From positions 35,388-99,387 of the forward strand of contig DATBPQ010000102.1 in assembly GCA_036561245.1 (NCBI GenBank): a stretch of DNA of 64,000 nt, in the 5' to 3' direction. Source of the DNA: Stellaceae bacterium (GTDB lineage Bacteria; Pseudomonadota; Alphaproteobacteria; ATCC43930; CGMCC-115725). Of this stretch, positions 56,201 to 61,298 are shown piece by piece. The position numbers and the translations under genes were made by a program. Each line of letters opens with the position of its first letter. Within the stretch, counting starts at the first letter, position 1. Below the pieces are notes generated by a model that was given only the letters and a program-made list of their open reading frames with translations, had not been told where the DNA came from and did no database searches.

Positions 56201-58543
56201 GTCGGTCGCCGTGACCGTGACGCTGGCGAACGGCGACGCCGTGCCGATAGTGCCGTACAGCGTCACGGCCGTGCCGGTGGCCGTCAGCGGAATGGGGCCG
56301 TTCACCACGGGTGGCGAGGCCATGTCGATGGTCGGAATCACCGATATGCCGCCGCCGCCAACGGCTACGATGTCCACGAGCGTAGAGGCCGGGTCGATCA
56401 GGATGTGCCTCGTTTGATCGAGCGTCTCGGTAATGTCGACATCGCCCCCTTCGTCGATGGAAAGGAGCTGGGTAGGACCCTCCTTATAGGTGACGTTGGA
56501 CGGGAAGTTGGCGTCCGCGCCCGAAACGGGAGTCAAATTGTCGCCGTTGTTCTGAAGCACCGTGCCGCCGATCGCGATCAGGCCGCCGCTGGTGGTGCCG
56601 TTCGCGGTCGCATCCAAAGTCAGATTGCCGGTGTTCCCCGTCAGCGCGCCGGTGATCAGGATTTCGCCGCCGCTGATCGTGCCGTTGGTGACCACGCTGA
56701 TCGGGCTGGTTGCGGCGACATCGACATTGCCGACGAACTGGATGTCGCTCCCAGGTGTGCAGGCTTCCTGGTCGCAGGGCGGGGTCACGCCTTTTCCGGC
56801 GGTCAGATTGCCGTTGAGCGTGATCGTGCCAAGCGCGTTTTCGGCGCCCTTGGCGACGTAATATTGCGAGCCGCCGGTGGTGACGTCGGCGCCGATAGCG
56901 ATGGCGGTACCGGTCAACAGGACGTTGCCGCCGAGCGCCGTGCCGCCGTCGCCCGTGGTATTCAGCGCGGCGTTGAGCGTGATCGCGCCGTTGCCGCTCG
57001 GCGTCTCCCCCGGATCGTTGGCCGAGAGCTTGATGTTTCCGCCATTGGTGGTGATCGAGCCGTTGACCACGATGCTGTTGCCGGCGAGGGCCGCGATGGC
57101 GACGCCCGGGGCCGCGATGTCGACCGGATCGGTGAAGGTGATGTTGTTCGTCGCCTGGAGCACCACGTTGCTGGTCGCGGCGTCGATGGTCGCGGGCGTG
57201 ACCGTGCCGCCGGTATTGGCGACGATCACGTTGAGCGGATCGAGCAGCCAAGTGCCAACAGCGCCGTGCGGCGCGCGCGTGTCGACCGTGCCGGTGCCGA
57301 TGGTGAGGTCGGCGGCGCTCGAGGTTTCGACGTCGCCGCCGTTGCCGCCGTTGGGACCGCCCCGCGCGGTAATCGTGCCGTTGAAAGCGGTGTGCTGCTG
57401 CGACCACACCGCGACCTGGCCGCCGTTGCCGTTGTCGGTCGCGTCGGCGGCGATGGTCGCGCCTTGCGCGATCGTCACGGTCTGCGCGTTGGGCAGCGGG
57501 CCGGCGCCGTGGAAATTGCCACCGATCAGCACGAGACCGCCGCCGGCCTGGCCCGAGGCGTTGATGTTGGCGCCGATGGTCAGGTCGATGGTTGCGCCCG
57601 TCACCTGCACTGTGCCGCCGGTGCTGCCCGGCGTCAGGCCCTGCGCACTGACCGTGCCGCCGACCGAGACCGTGCCGCTCGCGCCGCCGTCGAGAATGAC
57701 GGTGCCGTTCTTGATGCTGACCGAGTTGGCCTGAACGATGCCAGTGGTGTTGATGACGTTGTCGACGATATTGCCGACCGACCGCGCGGTGAGCTGAACC
57801 GTGCCGCCGTCCGCGGCGATGGTGCCGGCGTTCTTGATCTGCGCGTTCGCGGCCGGCGCGCTGACCGCGAAGCTCAGGAGGTTGTCGCCGTCGAAATCGA
57901 CCGCGAAGGTCTTGCCGGCGCCGACGGCCACCGTGCCGAGCTTCGCGGAGATGGTGCCTTCGTTATCGACATTCGGCGCGGCCAGCACCGTCGAGCCGCC
58001 TTGCGTGTTGATTGTCCCGTAATTGGCGATGCCGGCGCCGGCATTGGGTGACGCGATCCCGAACTGATACTTGCCGGCCAGGAAATCGGAATTCGCAATG
58101 TCGGCGGTGGTCGCGAGCAGGCCGGCGGCGTTGACCGTCGAGCCCTTGCCGAACAGCACGCCGTTGGGATCGACCAGCCAGACCTGACCGTTCGATTGAA
58201 TCGTGCCGAGCACGGTGGCGGCTTGGCCGCCGAGCACGCGGTTGAGCGAAATGGATTTGGAATTCGGCTCCTGATAGATGACCGACTGGCCTTTCAGGAC
58301 CTTGTACGAATTCCAGTTGATGATCGATTTCTGCGTGCTCTGCTTGATGAGCGTTTCTTGATTGAGCGTCTGGATGATCGCCTGGCCGCCGACCACCTGG
58401 CCGCCTTGCGGTCCCGCCCATGCCGGAGTCGTGATGAGAGACGCCGCCGCGGCCAGCGCGACGCACGCTCGCAATGCTCGGGCGCGTTCCCGCACCCAGC
58501 TCCGGATCCGTTCAGGCCCTCCAAGCCCGAATGACCAATTCAA
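47207..58543 (-). CDS. Giant two-partner-secretion exoprotein (TpsA; filamentous haemagglutinin N-terminal domain protein), 3778 aa
   Basis: TTG start at 58543 with GGAGG 5 nt upstream. Extended signal peptide, then a TPS domain (IINWNSYKV...LNRVLGG...VWLVDPNGVLFG). The Gly/Thr/Asn-rich body is consistent with a beta-helix and carries internal super-repeats. It ends in a Pro-rich C-terminal region. Confidence 0.9.
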   Translation of the reverse strand: MNWSFGLGGPERIRSWVRERARALRACVALAAAASLITTPAWAGPQGGQVVGGQAIIQTLNQETLIKQSTQKSIINWNSYKVLKGQSVIYQEPNSKSISLNRVLGGQAATVLGTIQSNGQVWLVDPNGVLFGKGSTVNAAGLLATTADIANSDFLAGKYQFGIASPNAGAGIANYGTINTQGGSTVLAAPNVDNEGTISAKLGTVAVGAGKTFAVDFDGDNLLSFAVSAPAANAQIKNAGTIAADGGTVQLTARSVGNIVDNVINTTGIVQANSVSIKNGTVILDGGASGTVSVGGTVSAQGLTPGSTGGTVQVTGATIDLTIGANINASGQAGGGLVLIGGNFHGAGPLPNAQTVTIAQGATIAADATDNGNGGQVAVWSQQHTAFNGTITARGGPNGGNGGDVETSSAADLTIGTGTVDTRAPHGAVGTWLLDPLNVIVANTGGTVTPATIDAATSNVVLQATNNITFTDPVDIAAPGVAIAALAGNSIVVNGSITTNGGNIKLSANDPGETPSGNGAITLNAALNTTGDGGTALGGNVLLTGTAIAIGADVTTGGSQYYVAKGAENALGTITLNGNLTAGKGVTPPCDQEACTPGSDIQFVGNVDVAATSPISVVTNGTISGGEILITGALTGNTGNLTLDATANGTTSGGLIAIGGTVLQNNGDNLTPVSGADANFPSNVTYKEGPTQLLSIDEGGDVDITETLDQTRHILIDPASTLVDIVAVGGGGISVIPTIDMASPPVVNGPIPLTATGTAVTLYGTIGTASPFASVTVTATDGTATVTGGIGSPVLPGSIGAVELSGASIAVGGNITTAGGQVTFDDAAVLAGDTRIDTTGGGAYAGATITFSDTLDDSVAFSHTLTLAAGTAGDINFNGRVGANNSAGGTTGITPAGITITSAENVNLNIPLNAPNFDGFHVGQFVVEGTGNANCTTDCVNGAASINAPGSYISTFNPTGNAGAVNINITGNVEIGRDLFAGGGLNGTTGKSGGNITINAGGRVSIGDQLGSVVCDASPCSTNGALPLIQYISVFAGGYSSGFNSGPGQSAGNGGIVSITAGGDITLPNGVVANGGAAILNSAIGNGGKAGSVTLASTGGNVSVGAPTSNGNSGNMIGVDAFGGSAANGNAGDGADVSISGKQLTVTHVYTEGGDTTQSTGAGKGGNITLTATATIGPAITLLGESDARDTSTPSQATLDSRGGKTLAVAGTNLIKLDSNASTVITGAAGNITLQGDSSGDPLQGAAYVRLADNSLSPDFFNGGSTVFILAAGGTGNAGAINLLGPIEGDAGTEGLRVQGGAITVGGNIGDLTPLTYVSFKSTSPMLIGDSIHTHQISVLNCTSTPCNGSVTFSAPVQLTDDLEIHTNGGDITFNGPVNEAVANSGFGLNLFTSPDSAQLSPTSGTVTFGAAVGQTNALGSVLVVANAISLQAVTTTGAQTYIDGLTPSIALNGNLTATGAGADIVLSGAINVAQPNLTITTNGTVSSGNIVLDGSLGGAAITLNAGQGLVWENGALACGAPNTCGQTQTLSGTIDTSTLDQTKHILLSDDTTFVNDSGNLRIMPSIDAAPGDSAALTVTQQANSTGGIKLFGTIGGGNAVDDVTITALAGQNVGLHGIGSIALGGVTSAGGVTVSADVLKLYGFLATQSAPVTINASLDQRSNGGPIATIVGGAGADVTLNGGVSPDSEHGLVVLAGAGDIVINGPLGTYSAPIGHVQLQGNDITLKGGTIVTDNARVMIEADGGKITLGSDLTIDTTGGQYSAGAPIMLTGNIDSDSSSSPRALSIFSGAGPVTFNGSLGSLEPLGQVNVLTAGTVTFNDPTGSTSLVTAGKNVTFGGAQIGGGGEGDPTILGNIVAQNDLTIDTTGNFQTLGAAINLGLPVDVAIPGGSSLTLAAGTAGRIDIAAPIGANVPVDNFLVSANQVLLGAGINSAGGTIAFNAPVVLSSSFTGSQIVVATNADGATDGTIVFNSTIDSQNSGQVGLFLQTGGGGSVALNGKIGGTTPIGDLTVTASLINLYSDITTQSNKVEFDGPVVLQNSIAINTAGGQGFNVPGGDVTFNGTVDALSSGVQALTVNAGGQGCAGESCGGGAGAPGTVTFAGDVGSGEALNTLLVRGGDISLQNVTTTGSQYYVANGVGVNQGTVTLNGNLTAGSGVIPATHTAGSDIQFIGNVNVAGSDPVTVTTNGTIAGGEILVNGNLTGNLGNLTLNAGNGLIAIGGTVLQNQSGGGVTGCPAATCVEGMTNEYISTDPTFTLDVLALFSSEHILIDDPNATAIVINNDTPGHDLTVFSTIDMIGRGASPPTLSITQTQNSTTGVTVFGTIGDAAPFGGVQVTALSGNPVEVHSIGSPVFYGAGAGGVTLTAGAGAGVTMGGTISTESGAVDVYGPVTLAGNLAIDTTVFDSGNGGYVNFHNTVDGGASGGQALTINAGGDLIAFNGNVGSSTPLGAVTLTSNEEIDLYGNLFTKGGAVTINGGLVLQNSGLTIDTTYGSSAGANVTFNGTVDSPGCECDEQSYSALTVNAGAGNIAIRGDWGGGVPLGTVTLTADTVALGANITTAGTAISGSVNINGNILLVAGGNNVGPIGGDPVIDTTAGGSTAGADIVIAGNGGPGKSIGHIDDLITGSDALMLSAGAGTVDLEAEIGQTAPIGNLMLAGQTIQLGGGATDGLTINTFGAGGNGAVTMQGAVVLEGAVTIDTTTVGSSGANIQFGASNQLASIDNADGQAGFYGISMNAGTGTIDMYATIGGTTPTGTLTLSGAGGINLGGNITTAGGSVTLNGPTVLENSITIDTTFKNDGAAISFNGTLDDSTSLTHTLSLSAGNGDITFAGRVGTEYINGTDFVNDSGSPPAAVIITSANNVNLTMPLGPNGDGFSVGQFIIEGNGDVNGTTPGAASLTTTSFISTNTGGDAGAINIVTTGDVNIGQNIFAVGGNGTGNETMGNGGAVTINAGGAINIGSAIALTTQGSGSQTFATSPRSIAADGAQIVSPEQTPGDGGAITLTGASINLYQGASSTGGGADLTEATANGGKGGAISLTATNGNVTLGSAATGSLVGLQSSGGNAAGGNGGAGGDIVISATSLSFAFIESSGGQSSAGGTLGNGGNIKLIATATSGAAVTIFGNGDDPQATDLSSIGHPALLSLGATAGAITIESSDDGHGNASPLLGSSYIQLVDNSSYSNQYGGATVEIVAAGGAPGFGGKVYLGGPIQGANGTENLRLLVENGSAHVTGDVSNLNNIVLGCCGADINGNANTLPEGLTGGNGGVITFDGAVTANNIVDQRLYASPTLTTTAAIYLGAVNVANYNGATDMNDDSVAVEFKKGGTFTSSFDPGKGPVYVAGTFTFKSGFNPGTHNGCTGPCFKIDDDLNLIGSATFDASAVNDPINLIGSIIPSAAGESFTMLAGTGTITVGGTSQLGTTGIHELAGLVLQGGEIDLNNGGATTTTLQTYTGNLVLGANTTLKTDATGGVIELLGPVATGAHSVTVSSDAVVLAGNWSGTGARNLYPTTANTAVTLGGNAPVSLVSFLLNAAELAFLDGSSPSMVTIGSHANVSTGAQQTGAVTTHDFTFDAPLTIIGSSITADPINKDPGTGNLTLDAGGTGGVNGTNGITSVNLGKGDFLTINAGTSSLTGTVNGQSGNGAAQYVTANNGCAGCTFNGVADGSAGGGNPSPPPTAFTPPPVLPPPPQPVDIVLPPSPPDQPPPETPSDSDPTLTAYLNQGSQKPAANAEYHPQTVHPLGAYLNQMLIPSVPHNGVPGISFGYSLSGNSALW

Positions 58544-58686
58544 TTCTGCCTCCGACCGACCTCGTCTCGCAGGGCGGTACGCCGTTATACGGTTCCTAGC
58601 CTCACCCCAATCCGCGCAGTGGCAAGCATGGCGCTATAATAAGTAAAATACCAACAAATTAACGTCCGGCGGCACCCGTCTTAGTA

Positions 58687-60384
58687 TTAAAACTTCACCG
58701 ATCCGTTGAATAGGACGCGCATCGCCTTTTTGCCGAAATCGCTGGTCTGCACCTGTTTCAGCGGAAACGCGGCTTCGAGCCCCAGCGACAGCCGATCCTC
58801 GACGATCATACGCGCGCCAAAGCCGGTCGAGGCGATGTAGTCCGGCGAGACAATGCCGCTGTGCTGCCAAACCTTGGCCGCGTCGTAAAAGGCATACAGC
58901 TCGGCGTGATTGATCTTGATGTTCGGACTGTCGATATGCTTGCCGTCGATCCCCTCCAAATCCCACCGTACCTCGGCGTCGCCGCCGATGCCGATATCGC
59001 CGGTGATCGCCGCCGGGTCGTAGCCGCGCCCGATCTGGGCGCCCCCGAAACTGATCTCCTCGCCGACATAGAGCGTGTCGAAACCGTACTGGCCGGTGCC
59101 GGTAAGAGCGAGACTCAGCGGCCCGTAAAGCTGCTGGATGCGGCGCACCACGGCGCTGAGCTTGGTGAAATCGGGCACCGCGCCCAAATGCGACACGTTA
59201 GGCGCGCCGGCATGCGAGGCGCCGAATATCGGCAGGCCCTGGGTCAGGTCGAGCGTCGCGGTGGTGGTGCCGTTGAGCGTGCCGTTATTCTCGAACACCA
59301 GCGCGACATCGACTTCACGCCACTGGTCCTCGTCGTTGATGAGGCCGGCAAGCTCGTGCAGCAACGATTGCTGCCAGGTGAAGCCGGCGTCGATCGACAG
59401 CTTGGTCTGGCGCGAGTTGATCAACGGATAGGTCAGGCGTGCGCCGAACGCCTGGTTGTCGGAAGTAAAATCGGTGGCACCCGCAACGCCGGCGGGCTGG
59501 CCGTGCGCATTGAGCGCGCTGAGCGTCAGCGTCAAGCCGCTGTCGCCGAGCGGATAGAGATACTTGATCGATTCCGAATTGCGGATATGCGCCTGGTCCG
59601 GCGCCGCGGCGAGATCGAGCAGAACGACGCCGCCTTCGTTGAACGGCGAGCGGATCGCGACATCGGCCGACGCTGTCCATATATCCGTAAGCGCGGCACC
59701 GCGATTGTCGATCGACAGCAGCACCGAGACGCGCTCGGACGAAATTGTCGCGACGAGGTCCGACGCACCCGGCTGGTTGGGCGACGGCCGCAACAGGCCC
59801 GAAACGCCGGCGCCATAGCCGCTGTTGGCGCGGGTCAACGCATCCTCGATCACCTCGAGCCTCAATGGCCGCGATTGCGTCACCGGCGCCAAGAGGTGCT
59901 CGACCCGGGCGCGCTCGCTTTCGCTGCCGCCGGTCACCGAGACGGCGGCGACATAGCCCTCGACCACCGAAATCGTGAAGATGCCGTTATTGACGCTTTG
60001 CGCCGGCACGTAGACACGCGTCAGCACATAACCGTCGGTGCGGTACTTCTTTTCGATCTCGTCGGCGACACGGATGATGTCGGAGAGATGCACGCTCTTG
60101 CCGATCAGCGGCTCGATCAGCGAGCGGAACGCGTTCGGGCCATAGACCTTGGCGCCGGTGACGCGGATATCCTTGATCTTGAACGACAGTTCCTCGACGG
60201 CGCGCGGCACCGGCGACGGGCGCGGCGCCTCGATGCGGAAATCGAATTGCGGCGGCGTTGCTTCAGGGATCGGCCGGGTCTGGCCGGGCGAGATCTGGCC
60301 GGACGGGGTGATGTTTTGCGCATGCGCCGCGACGGCCAATGCCAGACCCACAACGGTGGCCGCGGTCGCCTGGAACAGACGCAA
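58687..60384 (-). CDS. TpsB outer-membrane transporter (ShlB/FhaC/HecB family, POTRA + 16-strand barrel)
   Basis: 565 aa. TTG start at 60384. Signal peptide VVGLALAVAAHA-QN, POTRA_2-like region (FKIKDIRVTGAKVY...FTISVVEGYV), and a barrel ending in ...LFNGSVKF with a terminal aromatic residue. Confidence 0.9.
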   Translation of the reverse strand: MRLFQATAATVVGLALAVAAHAQNITPSGQISPGQTRPIPEATPPQFDFRIEAPRPSPVPRAVEELSFKIKDIRVTGAKVYGPNAFRSLIEPLIGKSVHLSDIIRVADEIEKKYRTDGYVLTRVYVPAQSVNNGIFTISVVEGYVAAVSVTGGSESERARVEHLLAPVTQSRPLRLEVIEDALTRANSGYGAGVSGLLRPSPNQPGASDLVATISSERVSVLLSIDNRGAALTDIWTASADVAIRSPFNEGGVVLLDLAAAPDQAHIRNSESIKYLYPLGDSGLTLTLSALNAHGQPAGVAGATDFTSDNQAFGARLTYPLINSRQTKLSIDAGFTWQQSLLHELAGLINDEDQWREVDVALVFENNGTLNGTTTATLDLTQGLPIFGASHAGAPNVSHLGAVPDFTKLSAVVRRIQQLYGPLSLALTGTGQYGFDTLYVGEEISFGGAQIGRGYDPAAITGDIGIGGDAEVRWDLEGIDGKHIDSPNIKINHAELYAFYDAAKVWQHSGIVSPDYIASTGFGARMIVEDRLSLGLEAAFPLKQVQTSDFGKKAMRVLFNGSVKF

Positions 60385-60467
60385 ATTTCCCCCCGTGCCG
60401 AAGATCGCGCTAACCTAGCGCAACCAGACCGCCATATCGATACAAAACTCCGATTCGCACGTGCGCG
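60385..60467. promoter_or_regulatory. Candidate promoter/operator region upstream of tpsB
   Basis: 83-bp spacer with three short palindromes: GCGCTA-ACC-TAGCGC (60407-60421), TATCGATA (60435-60442) and CGCACGTGCG (60456-60465). Confidence 0.35.
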
Positions 60468-61298
60468 TCAAACGGCGAAAGTGTCGGCGATGGCATTGAC
60501 CAGCGGCTTCAGAAAATAGCTGTCTCTTGGAGCGATGGCCACTGCGACGCCGACCTTTTCCAGCGCCGCCGTCACCACCGGACCGATCGCCGCCACCTTG
60601 GTCCGCGCCAATCCCTGCTTGAGCCGATCCGTCAGCGCCGCCGCGTCAGCCACCGCGAACAGCCGCCGCACCTGCGGCCCGCTGGTGAAGGCGACGACGT
60701 CGACCGTGCCGCCCGCCAGCCGCCCGATGAATTCCTCGACGCGGCGATCCTCCGCCGCCGAGGCATAGACATAGGGCGTGACCGGGTCGGCGGTGGCGCC
60801 CGCCGCCGCGATGTAGCCGAGCAGCTTCGTATGCGCATTGTCGGGATAAAGCTGCACGCCGACCTGCCGCCCTTTGAGGTCGAGCGTCATCAGCGCGGCA
60901 ATCACGCCGTCGGTGGTGGGCACATCCGCCGGCAGGGTCGCGCGCAGGCCGAGCTCGCGCAGCGCCTTAGCCGGCTTCGGCCCGCGCGTGACGGTGCGCA
61001 CCGCACCGAGCCGCGCGACGAATTGCTGTTCGATCCCCGCCCGCAACGCGAACCCCGCGAGGCGGCGCAGTCCCTCGCCCGTCAGCAAAATCAAATCGTC
61101 ACAACCGCCGTCATTGAATCGCTTGAGCCACGCCTCGACCGGGGCCGCATCGGGTGCGTCGTGGATCGCGATCAGCGGACAACGCAGCGTCGCCGCCCCG
61201 CGCTCCTCCAGCATGCGCGCGAACAGGTCGAGCTCGCGCGTCTCGGGAATGGCGACGACGCGCCCCGCGAGCGGCGCGGCGCTATCCGGCTTTGCCAT
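60468..61298 (-). CDS. Uroporphyrinogen-III synthase (HemD/HEM4) family protein
   Basis: Two-lobed HEM4-like pattern (GRVVAIPETRE...LILLTGEG...VGVQLYPD...VDVVAFTSGPQV...KVAAIGPVT). I chose the start at MAKPDSA (61298), which overlaps the upstream esterase stop by 17 nt. Confidence 0.72.
   Translation of the reverse strand: MAKPDSAAPLAGRVVAIPETRELDLFARMLEERGAATLRCPLIAIHDAPDAAPVEAWLKRFNDGGCDDLILLTGEGLRRLAGFALRAGIEQQFVARLGAVRTVTRGPKPAKALRELGLRATLPADVPTTDGVIAALMTLDLKGRQVGVQLYPDNAHTKLLGYIAAAGATADPVTPYVYASAAEDRRVEEFIGRLAGGTVDVVAFTSGPQVRRLFAVADAAALTDRLKQGLARTKVAAIGPVVTAALEKVGVAVAIAPRDSYFLKPLVNAIADTFAV

Noticed and set aside
49118-58051. Plus-strand ORFs of 1026 aa (49118..52198), 358 aa (53258..54334) and 1201 aa (54446..58051)
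   Set aside because: They are antisense shadows of the repetitive, GC-rich tpsA gene. Their translations are Arg/Asp/Gly/Ala-rich with no recognisable domains, and they would have to overlap a well-supported 3778-aa CDS.
47500-58400. Repetitive DNA in the 47-58 kb region as a CRISPR array or satellite
   Set aside because: The repeats are divergent, vary in length and lie entirely within one continuous reading frame. There are no short identical direct repeats separated by unique spacers.
47207-58543. TpsA as a contact-dependent inhibition (CdiA-type) toxin
   Set aside because: There is no VENN or other pretoxin motif, and no discrete C-terminal toxin domain. The tail is Pro-rich followed by about 60 aa. 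No small immunity ORF follows; the next gene is the CHAT protease.
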